Assembly (NCBI GenBank): GCA_003990765.1
Contig: RBNJ01000036.1
Location: 1 to 48,664, forward strand
Reading direction: 5' to 3'
Length of the DNA stretch: 48,664 bases
From: Jimgerdemannia flammicorona
Taxonomy: Eukaryota
Shown: piece after piece, positions 37,688-48,664 of the stretch
How positions within the stretch are numbered: the stretch's first letter is position 1
How the letters are laid out: each line of letters opens with the position of its first letter
Notes under the pieces: generated by a model
The model's database searches: none
The model's input: the letters and a program-made list of their open reading frames with translations, nothing else
What the model was told of the DNA's origin: nothing
Translations under genes and position numbers: made by a program

Positions 37688-38310
37688 TGTAAATAGATCT
37701 GGATTTATATTATAAGTATAATCAAACTATATACTGATAGAGTTACTACATTGCAGATAATTAATGGTGACTATTGGCCCTAAGTTCTGAGTTCATGAGG
37801 AAGTGCTGAGTTCTGAATTGTCTGTTACAGCAAAGTCTAAGTATCACTTTCAGGTTTGACCAAATGTAGGAGGCTATACTTATATTCCAAGTTGATCAGG
37901 CTCAGAATCATTAACAAGTCAAATCTGAGGTTTCTGTGGTAAGAATACTACTTTATTCTTATATTCAGAGAAAGCAGAGCTTTAAGCTTTTCTTCAGCTT
38001 TCAGACTGAGGTTACAACACACTCAGTATAGAGGATATTTATACATGTTTGAGGCCATAACTAAATATGGTGTGCTGGGTGTATCCATACACAGTTAAAC
38101 TATATAGGTGCTAGTTGTAATTTCCGTTGGTATTTCCGTCGGAAATTCCGTTGGAATTTCCAGTGGCTAAAATGTTCATTCAAAATAGAAGTTCTCATGT
38201 AACGCGGACGATTTTGGCGATTTCCTAATTAGGCGCGGTTCAGCGTAACGAGGCGGATTTGGCAGATTTGCATGTAACGAACCGTTACAATGGGTGATCC
38301 TTTATTAACA
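37688..38310. mobile_element. Unclassified ~620-bp (possibly composite) insertion in the Copia C 3' UTR
   Basis: Absent from the homologous 3' UTR of Copia A (10720-10900); begins TGTAAATAGATC, ends GATCCTTTATTAACA; contains a 4x12-bp array at 38119-38166. Confidence 0.5.
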
Positions 38311-39984
38311 TTGCTCTCTGGATCTCCATTTTTCACTATCCTGTTGACCTATTTTCATGCTTATAAGCAGGGAATTTCACCCTTTTCCAGTCATCTAGAT
38401 AGCATCCTGTTGGTCATATTTAATTTGCTCAGTTCTTTTTTTTATTTGCATATTCTGGGATATATCTCGTTGAGCGGGAGTGTTGCAATATCTTGTTATA
38501 GCAACTCGAAATGTGGTGGCGCAGCCTGACTACGTCATCACTGTAAACGTCATCAATACGCGTAAAAGCGCGTAAGCTAGTATCAATAAACAATCGCTTT
38601 CTTCTCTCCATTCTTCCCAAGTATTCCACAACAGAGGCAATTCCAGAGCGCGTTCCAGATACTTGAACGGCACAACCTGACCAAGCTCGTCATCGACTTC
38701 AGTGACAATCACGGAGGTTCGATCGCCACATTCAATCCATTCAACACTATACTGCGAAATCCTTACTGACACCTTTCTTCCTCTCACCAAATCCCGCCTA
38801 TGCTCTCCTGAACTACCTGTTCCCCGCCCAGCCTCCGTACCTCTACTTCGCGACAGACATCTGCCTCCATCCCCTGGCACTCAAACTTACCGCCGCGGCG
38901 GTGCAGCAAAACAGCACTAATTCGTTCTGGCACTATTCCAGCTGGGCCGATCCAACCACAGGCGCACCTTTTACTAGCCCCGATCAGTTCCCGGGCCATA
39001 TTACCTACACGAGGGGTGGCGTCAAAACACAGTACACAGCTCGGTTTATTAGCAATGTAATTGCATGATGTTACATTAAATGACTGGCCTGCTTAATATT
39101 TTTGCCACGTCCATAACCATCGCCTCAACGCATCTCTGAAAATTCCTCTAGATGGCAAAGGACTTGGCCTTGCTCCCACCGAGCACGAATTTCCAATACG
39201 CGCCTTCTGACGTCCTCTTCCTGACTAATGGTAATTCTTTTAGCGCAGGCGCCCTGGTCGCACGTTATCTCCAAGACGTGGTCGGCGTAAAGACGGCCGT
39301 CCTTGGCGGCTACCCCGGTCAGCCACCGGCTACTTGGACGACGGCAGGCGGTCAGGCGTACACGATTGACTCCGACATCAACAACTTGGGACTGGATAAC
39401 GATGCGGACACACCGCCTGTGACCAACTTGCGAATCTCCGTCACTTTTACTATCCGCGAGGCCTATGGGAATGTCCAGCCTGCCAAAGATGGAGCCGTGC
39501 CGCTTGAATATGCGTGGAAGCCGGCCGATTACAAGATACCAATTACCGCTGAGAATGTTCTCAGGCCGGTTGTATATTGGAAGCAGGCTGTGGCGTTGTT
39601 AGCGTGGGGGAGGCCTTTATGTGTGAAAACGATATTATTATAGAAATAAATATTATTAGAATAGATAACAAAACAAAAAGAAATCTGTAAGGTACAGTGA
39701 ACGAAACTAATCGTAACCCACTTCACAACCTATTTATCCCTGACCTTTGTCGGCTCTCGGCCTCTTATGACGCTAAGTAATATAATCGATACCACACCGA
39801 GCACGCTACTATTCCTTCTCGTGAGCGAGCTCTCCCATATATGTATTACTATTTCAACGTGCCCACGCTCTCCCACAGACCACCATACCAACAAACTCTA
39901 AACCCCGTTTTGGCAAACGCATTACTCGAATTCCCTATCGCCATGCTACGCAACGATTACACGCTTGCTGTCTCGGATGACGCC

Positions 39985-41960
39985 AGGCCATTGGAAACAA
40001 GGAGGCATTCTAGAATAACTGAGTACGATGTTCCAGTGCGAGCGGATAGCATCTGTTCTCGTGTTTGAGAATGGGTCGGATTTCGTGATGTGTGAATTGC
40101 TTTCGAAGTTCTGTTTTGCGAAAATTTCAGACGACGACACTCCATTTGATACGTGTGATGTTGTCTACACAGATGTTGTAATTGTCTGCTGTATTTTTGG
40201 AGACGCTCTGGTATTGAAAGATTAGCAATTTTATTTAGTCTTTTTGACCAAAAATCAAAAATAAAATAAAATAAAATAAAGTAAATGGACGCGTTGCGTT
40301 AGCGAGGCGGGTCTCCTAGGGTGTATACCGAAAGAAATCGTAAGAGGTGTATTGGTGGGATTATCAAAATTTCTTACTGCGCGTTATGGACATGTTTATA
40401 CACGTCCAGATTAGTTATAACCTGCAGTGCGGTGTGTAGTGAGTCATGCTAAAATTGCCTCATTTGCAGGGCAGAATTCCTTTAACGAAAATTAAGATTA
40501 TGAGTAACATAACGTGACTTCATCGCTCGAATGAGTATTGAACACACCTTACGACCAGCACAGCACGGCAAGCGCCAAGTTCGACACCATCGGCGCAGAC
40601 AATGGTGACGTCGTGATAGGTGGTGTCTGTCCATATGGAGGCGATGTCGTGCTTGAGGCTAATATCACTGTTGGATTGCACATCCACGTTTAGTGTTTGT
40701 ATACAGCTTTGTTTGAGTTGATTATTTTAATATAGGAGAGATTTTGCCCTCATGGAAAATATGTCACAGGAACTACATCGGGTGAAATCGATTCTAAAGC
40801 CGCATACGTATGAAATTCTTGGTGTGCTATATTACATTTATACTATTAATTAAAACTCATTACAAATTTCAAATTTTCCCAAATGGCCGGAGTGGGGGAA
40901 GGTAATGTCGAAAAGCAGTGCGCCCGCCAGATGTAGACAAAGCCCATGTGTCGTACAGATAAGCGTACGTTTTGAAACTAATTTACATGTTGTAAAAGAT
41001 GCAACAAGCTTTGATTTCTAATCTACGAATTTCTCTGAGATCTGAATCAATTACACTATTTGTAAAAAAAACATTGTAGTGATATAATAATATACTAGAA
41101 AGGTAAGGGTGTAAATGAAGAAAACCCAATTATTATATATAATCCTGCACCGAAAATTGTGGCGGGGACAATCGAAAATTTGAGGTTTTAATCTCGAGGA
41201 ATGGGGCAAAGAGCGGCACTTTATTGAAAATCTGAACAACGCGCTTTTACGCGATGTGATTGTTAGTGGCGTAGGCATTTATGACGTCGTACATAAGCCA
41301 CAAATGGATGACGTTTACACATATGGATGCAATGAATGCACAGATGCCTTTTGCTGCGCCAACCCAGTGTTTTGAGATGGTCCGAGCTTTATTTTTCGGA
41401 ACGCGTTTTAAGGTTAATGTTCATGATAAAATCCAAATGTCCAACGACCCGGGACGATAAAACCAATATTTACCAACCTGGTAGCCCTCATCAATGTCAA
41501 AAACATAATAAAGATGCTGCCGCTATTTAAATTATGTATAAAGAGGTTCAGAGCCTGAATAATTTCCAGGGAGCCGTCGTAATCGAGGATCGTATAAACG
41601 ACTTGTCGGCAGATAGTTCCAAAATTGGCCAACGGTGACGTTGCGGCCTGTTTATTGATCTACTGTCAAATCGCGTGACCTATTGAACTGAAAATATTGA
41701 AAAACTAGGTTCGTTTGCCTGAACACGACGTTGTCAAGCACGTTTTTGAGCAACATATGTCTCCCTGTTAAGCGCACCGATGTGATCCGGGTGGTAACCT
41801 CGGAAAATGGGCTTCACGTTGACTATTTATTCGGCGCTTTTCTTCGGTGGAGTAACGAACGGGAGCTAGACAGATGAGGAGTCCATTCTTTTACCGGCGA
41901 TGATTTCGGAGTATGCTTATGGAATGCGTTCCTGAAACCTAACTACCGACGTACTATTCT
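39985..41960. repeat. Old diverged duplication, patchily homologous to ~43825-45450
   Basis: Shared blocks ATTGGAAACAAGGA.GCAT (39990 / 43826), TGTGTGAATTG, AGACGC..GACGCG..GGCGGGTCT (40200-40320 / 44020-44115), TTATCAAAA, AGACAAAGCCC (40935 / 44551), AATTTCCAGGG..CGACTTGTCGG (41561 / 44996). Confidence 0.7.
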
Positions 41961-42599
41961 CATATTCGTTTGAAATTGCCTTTAATTGGCTGCCGAAATA
42001 GATTTTCTTACTGGCCACATATTTTTTACACATGCAGGGAGTAGTTACTTATTATCCTTGAAGCACTCTTGAAGCATTGTCTTGATCAATTACACCCATA
42101 GGTTCCCTTGTTGCACATATTTCTCGTTGTAAGAATAGATTTCACATCACATGGCCCTCGTGCTACCCAGATCCGAAACCCCGATCCCAGTCCTGGCCTA
42201 GGCCCTGACCCCGAGCCCTGGTCCGGAACCGGAATCGGAACATGGCCACATCTTAGCCAACGTTGACGTTAATGCGCGCGCTGTACTAGAAAGAATGAAA
42301 GAAAAACAAACACTCTGCACTTGTCAGTTAGCAACTTGGAGGTATTCTTGTCACCTAGACAGGGATGTCATCATCGCAAATGGCCACGCGATTATTTGTT
42401 GCATAATAAAAACGACGATTACATAACTGTGAGGGAAAGAGAGTGGCGTAAACAAGTTTACTTCCGGATCCCGACCTGTGCGCCTCCTAACATGCTATGT
42501 CCTCGACACACGACCTATATGTGTTAAAGTTGACGAGGGGATTCGGAAAGTGCAGCTGGAGATTCGGCAAATTTGGTTCATTATACCCCTTGGTAGCGT

Positions 42600-43865
42600 G
42601 GAGAGAATAATGGATAATACCTCCCGCAGATTTTTCATACCGAGCAGAAAAAGAATAAAGCACTTACATCACGATCGATCTGGGCCCACTGTGCCGAAGG
42701 AACACACCCAACCATTTCGTGAAGAGCGGCCCATCGAATGATATTTGCGCATATGAACCTGTGAATATGACGTCGATGGAAGTCATCACCATGTAGCTTT
42801 GTAAGCACATTGCACTTGACAAATCCAGCGATACGAGTGGCGTCTGGATTATTCCAAAAGGGCTGCGCTGCTGGTGTTGGAATTGTTGTGTGGACTTTTT
42901 TTTTTTTTGAGGAAGCTGTACCTATTGTTGTTTTGATCACGCTGAAACCGCATGAAATGACTACACAGGGCACCACAAAGCCCCAGCAATCCCTACGTTG
43001 TTTACGTTATGACATCCTTGTCCTGTGTTGACACACCAACAATCAATTACGTCACATGCGAGCGGTATAAATTGTCCAGGCAAGGTTGCGTTGGTTCGTT
43101 ATTGAGTCACGTTCATGTGGAAAGTTGGGTGCCTTCTCTCACTATCTGAAGATAAGAATAAGTGTATGCATAAAGCTTGCTCATATAATATTCCATTTAT
43201 TCACTCTTAAGGTATGAAAAATACATATCTATAGATCTGGCTTATATTGTGACATATGCATAAGTTAGAGAATTCGCCTTATAATCATTCCATGTCATAC
43301 AAGTAACATAATGACATTGATTTTTGAAGACGTTGAGTTTATCCACGATAATAGGGGCCTATGGAAAATTGGCGGCGAAGTTGCCTTTCATATTGTCCAC
43401 ATGGCAAATCTTATTTAAGGTTTTACCACGGGTGCAGGCCACTCCTAGGACGGTTCCGTTTTGTGGTCCTGTTGGTATTGTGAATGCGACATCGCTTCTT
43501 CCCCCTCGAACAATCAGGACATTTCTTGTACGGAACAGGCTTTGCTATGGTTGCCGTGGGCGTCTGCGGGGTGACATTCGAGCAGGAAGGAGATTTAAAA
43601 AGTGCTGTACTAGCAGGAAGTTGCTGCCCTGGCTCCGGTGTTGTTCGATCATTGCGTCGTCATTTTTCAAGTTGCCGACACAGGCTTCCGAGGTGAAATG
43701 AACTTCACCCGTTGGGAAAATATCCGCATAGTTCATTGAGCCGTCATAGAGCTCCAACGGAGGGTTGTCTTGAAGGACATCTATGTTGCTTTCTGGGCCA
43801 ACCGGATCTAGGCAGAAGAGACAGAATTGGAAACAAGGAAGCATGCCAGACGAGCTGTGTTTCAT
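42600..43865 (-). pseudogene. Probable decayed gene for a Cys-containing secreted protein, family unknown
   Basis: ATG at 43865 gives MKH, then after a frameshift LACFLVSNSVSSA (signal-like); protein-like stretches (PTGEVHFTSEACVG; PSCSNVTPQTPTAT..KKCPDCS; VACTRG..ICHVD; PAAQPFWNNPDA..VKC) are scattered over several frames. Confidence 0.3.
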
Positions 43866-45155
43866 TTCGTGGAATCTTTGAGATGTTAGCAACTGTTCTC
43901 GAGGCTTTGGTAGAAATGTCGGAATTTTGTGTGTGAATTGTTGCCCATGTTTTTTTAAGATGGCAAGGTTATAGTTTGTACGTATAATTTTTTTCTGTCC
44001 AGGTATATTGTATATGTTTAAAGACGCCCCTAGATGGTAGGATTGACGATATTATATAGGTTTTTTTAACCAAAAAATAAATTAGACGCGCTGCTCTAAC
44101 ATGGCGGGTCTTCCGGTATGTATATGTAATAGGTGAATATAGCTGAGCCTTATCAAAAGTTCTAATTGCACGGTAACGTCCATATTTATAATAATTTCGA
44201 GGTTTGTGAGATTCGGGGCGTCTTCCGAGTGTCAGAAATAATATATTTGTAAAACCCGTGACGCGTTATGTTTTTCAAGGAAAAGTAGAGGGGCCGAGGC
44301 AACATTACCCCAGAGGGAATTTTTGCGTATAGTAGCATTTTTTCGGAAGCCGAAGAGAGTATTGTCCGGAGCCGAAGGTTGGAGAGACATTCTCATATTT
44401 TATTATTACATAAACTTAGTGGCGTACCATGGTCATTGGACTCGTGTTGGCGTGCATTTAATTATAATTCCGCCATTAATACACCATATGAACTTTCAAA
44501 ATCAGGCGGAATGCGAAATGTTAGTTCAACAAATAAGCTGATTAAATTATAGACAAAGCCCGCATAGCCCCAATGCAGGTAATAATTTCCAGATGCAACC
44601 CCTCAAATTGTCTGTGACCAATGACCAATTGCACCTCCGCCAAATTCTCGTGGCGAAACGCGTCCGCCACTCACTGCTTACTTGATCGGTGTGATCGGGA
44701 CGCGGTAGTTTGGAGAATGGGTTCTACGTCGATGATACATTTGGCGGCCAATTTTTCAATTCGTGGGTAATCAACGGGAACTGGACAGCAAAGAAATCTA
44801 ATAGGGGTCATGACCTACCGTGATAATTTCTTTACCAAGAGGAGTAAGTGTTAATGAAAGACGTTGGCGCTAGTTTGACTGACTGCTATTCCAGAAGGAA
44901 ATGAAGATCGGCAGCGGTCAATGCGCATTTCAAACTAGCCAGGAGATGTTCGTGCCAAGACGAAATAGTCATTTATGCCATCCTTAATGATTCAAAATTT
45001 CCAGGGGGCCCAACCGAATTAGGGGACGTAAACCGACTTGTCGGGTAATCGCGAAATTGACGTTCTGTCAAACGGTCTTCAATTCCGCGTGGCCAATTCC
45101 ACCCCTCCAAAAATGAAACGTGAAATTCTCGTGCCTGAAGGCGACGTCGTCAACC

Positions 45156-45197
<42 letters not shown>

Positions 45198-46750
45198 AAG
45201 ATAAGGCCTCCTGTTTAGTTTGTCGGTGTGGTCCGGACGCGATAGCTTTGGAGGTCCACGTTCACGATTTATTCAGTATATTATTTTTCACTTCATGAGT
45301 AATTAACACGAGCTGGATAGCAAAGAAAATTGTTTAAGATGATAATTTCTTTCCCAAAGTGGAATACCAAACGGCCAAGTGCTACTATTCCCGTAGTCGG
45401 GGAAAATGAAGACCGGCAACAGCTAAATGCACATTTCTAACTCAACTCGGATCATCGGAAAACCAACCCCGGTATGCTTCGCGGGATGCGGCATTGCGTA
45501 TTTGCGGATTGACACAGGATATGGCAGTGGCGAATGCTGGTCAGACATCGAGAAGCTCACATTTCTCTTACCCGAAAGTACAGCCAAATACCAGAATTCA
45601 TGCCCACTCCGAGGGAATAAACCCGACGCTCCGTTCTAAAGACGAAAGCGCAAATCGAACTCACCAATACTCGGTTTTGATGGTGCTCACAATGCAGCGT
45701 TACTAAATGCACGTGCTTCGCTTTGCTCGTCATCGGACACGTTGATCGCACACATAAAATTGTATTACGAATGAAAGCAAGCGGGAGATGTTTAATACCA
45801 AAAGCAAACAAAAATGGAAGAGTAATGCATTTTTATATTTACTACGCTATGTATGGCACGTCCACATTTTTCGGAAGTCAAATTATTTCAAACACCGCCC
45901 AGAGTCGCTTCCGCACAGGTTACAACAGCTTCCAACAGCTAAAATGATCCCCAGTCACACAACCGCGTCCGTTCTCAAGTCGTCCATTTTCTGTTTGCAA
46001 ATCCGGGTACCAGGCCCGACAAACAACACCCAACCAGCACCGGGGCTCGGACAGGGCGCTATAACAAATACCGCGGGCCATGAAATGTTACTCCCTTTCC
46101 TTTTTTTTCATATCATTCTTGTGGATAATAAAATTTTCCGAAGTCCATCAACTGTGGCTAGTGGTTAAATAACATTCAATTATGAGTGGGTTTGTTAGAA
46201 ATCACAAGTCAATGGTTGCAGGAACGCCTTGGGCGCCGTGCAGGGGGCGTAAGATGTCTCGCCGAGGCGTAGGGCGGATCAAATTATGCCTTGGGCGTCG
46301 GGCGCGATCGTTTTGTATTAGCTAGATGACAACCCCTTAGCAATGGCATTAGTTTTTACACATACGCTTTACACATACGCTTTATACATACATTCGTTTT
46401 CACTACCTCCCTCCCTACCTTCTTCGGTGCATCCATTCGCTTGGGGGCCGGATCCATCGCCTTTTTCTCGATCCTTTTCCTTCCCAAATACATACATTTG
46501 AATCTCAATTGGTCCATCTATACGGTTCTGAGGGTCTACGCGGTCGGTTATCGTCGTCGTAGTTGGTAGTAGTTTCTCGATCAGTACGGCAATACAACGA
46601 ATTGAGATTTGCAATAGTTCCAAAATAAACAAGGTTCAGAAAAGGCGGGACTGTTGTCGAAGGAGATGGTGCGTGCCATGGAAAAGATGGGAAAGGGGGC
46701 AGCCAGCAGTCGATCATCCAGAATGCCTGCCTCTTTGATGGTGAGCCACG

Positions 46751-46799
<49 letters not shown>

Positions 46800-46949
46800 T
46801 GACAACGGTTTCAATTCAAACTGTGAATCAGGAATTTTTTTAACAGGTTCGCCTAAGGAAGTTCTGTTTGCTGAGATAGTTTTTTTTTTTTTATTGATAA
46901 TACATATTATGGTGTATACATTTGAAACCACATGATTCAGAAGCAATGA

Positions 46950-47690
46950 TATCATTTCTGATAAATGCTAATATTAAGTGATATTATTAATGAATTAATG
47001 TAGCTATTAAATAGTATTATTTGATAACTTTTTAATTTATTTATTAACCTTTGCAGTATGTAAAAGTAGAAGGAATTACAAGAACTTTATTCTATTTTTA
47101 GAAACTTAAAATATTATTTAAATACTTTCAGATCACTTAAGTATTGATCTTATAATAACTTTTATAATAAGTTCTTTTACTAATATAAATTATCAAGCTA
47201 TCTGTTACTCTTTTCAAAAGATTTATATATTTAAAGCTATTCAAAAGGCCTGCTTCTGTTCTGATACTACCAAGTATCTGAAATTCTATACTGATAATCT
47301 GAGATATTTTAATATTTATTACTATATTATGAAATAATAACTCAAAGATATCTCTAACTTCTAGCTCTTTGATATAAATATAAAATTAACTATAGGCTTT
47401 AAAGTAAAACTATAAAATAAGACAATTGATATCTTATTTAGAAATAACAATATTAAAATAGAATCCAAAGCTACTGATCTCACTTTACTAGAATTTCACA
47501 CTATATATATCTCACTAAAATAACTCCTTATATCTCTTATAAAGATATATAAAAAAAACTCTAAATTACTATTAAAATATTAAAAGAAGTAATCAAAGCT
47601 ACTTATTATTAGTTAAATATTTATTATACTATATTATATATGAACTATTTTGAAATTTTCGAAATATCTCTTTATAGTTGAAAAAAATTA
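46950..47690 (+). mobile_element. Very decayed AT-rich LTR-element relic, possibly Gypsy RNase H
   Basis: Extreme AT/TpA content; weak remnants KFYTD-NLRYF (~47280-47310) and NKTIDILFR (~47416-47443). Confidence 0.35.
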
Positions 47691-47699
47691 AATACGTAA

Positions 47700-48330
47700 T
47701 ATTATACAGATTAATGAAAATTAAAGTTTATAATATTTTATTAATAATGATATAACTCTCTAGTATATATGAGACTGATTTAAGACTTAGATGATCACTA
47801 ATCTATAACTGAATACCTCTTCTAATTAAATAACAAAGGAGTTATATCTTGGCAAACATGTAAGTAGAGCTTAGTGGTAATATTATCTATATAAGTAAAG
47901 TATCAAGCATTATCTACAGTAATAAATAAAGTTATTTCACTATACCAGCTATTAAAAGAACTTAGCTTTGATCAGAAATAGTACTCTATATTTATTTATT
48001 AAGATAATCAATCTATGATTGAAATGGTCAAGAACTCTATTAATATACAATATTATTATATAAGAGAATATATTGAAAATGAATCTATATACTTAGAATA
48101 CATCTTCATGGAGTATATAATTTCAGATTCACTTACTAAAGCTCTCTCAGGACCTAAATTTAAGCAATATACTAAATAAATAAGTCTTATGGTAAACTAT
48201 ATATCAGTAATAGAACTATATACCAGTAATAAATAATTATGAGATATTTTATAATAAAAAGGAAGCAGAAAAATAATATATTATATCCATTTACATAACT
48301 CTCTCTTCAAGTATTACAGTGTCTTCCAAA
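47700..48330 (+). mobile_element. Ty1/Copia RNase H and 3' UTR fragment, Copia B family
   Basis: DLDDH*SIT.YLF, GVISWQT.K.S.V...S...YQALS, DNQSMI..KNS, DSLTKAL; ATTTTATAATAAAAAGGAAGCAGAAAA matches the reverse complement of ~21788-21815. Confidence 0.8.
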
Positions 48331-48664
48331 ACTGTAACATTGATTCTATTAATTATATATTTAATTTATTTAAATTATATTCTTATAAATATATAAATAT
48401 CAATTAATTATATATTGCACCTGTATCCTATGTAATCTTAATTGTCACAGTTTTACTCTGATTAGGTAAATTTTCTGATCACAATGCAATTTCTAAAAAA
48501 GGTTGAGCATTGTTACAGTTTTATTGTAGTTATTGTCTAAATGACAGATTCTCCCCTAGAGCATCTAGTAGTTGACATACACCTATGAAAATTCGCATGG
48601 TTGTCCTTTAAGTATCCTGCCACATGCCCATACCTTTTTTCCCCTTAATTCATATCAAAAAAAA

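Larger units (their letters stand above)
32641..38633 (+). mobile_element. Ty1/Copia element C, full length, heavily decayed, TSD GAGGC/GAAGC
   Basis: LTRs 32641-32794 and 38481-38633 (TGTTG..CAACA); PPT TGAGCGGGAG 38471-38480; TSD 32636-32640 and 38634-38638; gag FNGKDY, PR WFID, INT SDN..EY and PKQNGIAE, RT HQIDIKTAFLN, RH AEYQ and ADLLTKA. Confidence 0.94.
21341..39607 (+). pseudogene. S41 peptidase paralog, copy 2, disrupted (pieces 21341-21362, 31487-32640, 38634-39607)
   Basis: Homologous to copy 1 throughout; Copia insertion after codon 7 and a second in late exon 1; frameshifts near 31650, 31758, 32326 and 32400; intron-1 donor deleted and acceptor lost (~38728-38796); stop TAG changed to TGG at 39605. 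Confidence 0.92.

Noticed and set aside
32641-38633. LTR-LTR recombination between two loci as the cause of the S41 mosaic
   Set aside because: The TSDs match (GAAGC/GAGGC) and high identity to copy 1 continues ~90 nt beyond the 3' LTR.
39152-39643. Independent 163-aa gene
   Set aside because: It is exon 3 of the disrupted S41 copy 2; the ATG directly follows the intron AG and the extension comes from TAG>TGG.
45158-46797. T36 and A43 runs as retroposon tails; poly-Phe/Lys ORFs
   Set aside because: No TSD or associated element found; the T run sits at a position with a short T tract in the homologous unit (~41743), so it is a simple expansion.

Overview
Eukaryotic, almost certainly fungal DNA. 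It has GT-AG introns with a CTGAC branch point, a fungal-type secreted S41 peptidase and Ngaro elements; an early-diverging lineage such as Mucoromycota is my inference, not proven. About 70% of the window is a nest of decayed retroelements around a tandem duplication of a secreted peptidase S41 (CPAF/tail-specific-like) gene. Copy 1 (17310-19493, 3 exons, 667 aa) looks intact. Copy 2 (21341-39607) is a pseudogene split by two full-length Ty1/Copia insertions with 5-bp TSDs. Left to right: (i) a ~10.2 kb Ty3/Gypsy element (70-10295) inserted in the RNase H of a Copia; (ii) that Copia's 3' LTR is split by a Ngaro tyrosine-recombinase retroelement (11044-16290, minus); (iii) a minus-strand Copia (21363-31486) carrying a second Ngaro (24033-29064) and a poly(A)-tailed fragment; (iv) a plus-strand Copia (32641-38633) with two unclassified inserts; (v) CpG-rich 39.9-46.8 kb DNA with old duplicated blocks and a probable decayed secreted-protein gene; (vi) AT-rich LTR-element relics at the right end. 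The most unusual object is the Gypsy. Once CpG/CpA-type stops are read through, it reconstructs as gag-PR-[~400-aa insert with three Cys/His motifs]-dUTPase-RT-RH. Integrase then follows as a separate ORF joined by a TAATG stop/start overlap, and a third unknown ~167-codon ORF follows via an ATGA overlap, an operon-like layout that may rely on termination-reinitiation. Also notable: C>T/G>A decay is confined to TEs and spares a near-identical host-gene duplication, and the two S41 paralogs are mosaic in divergence.
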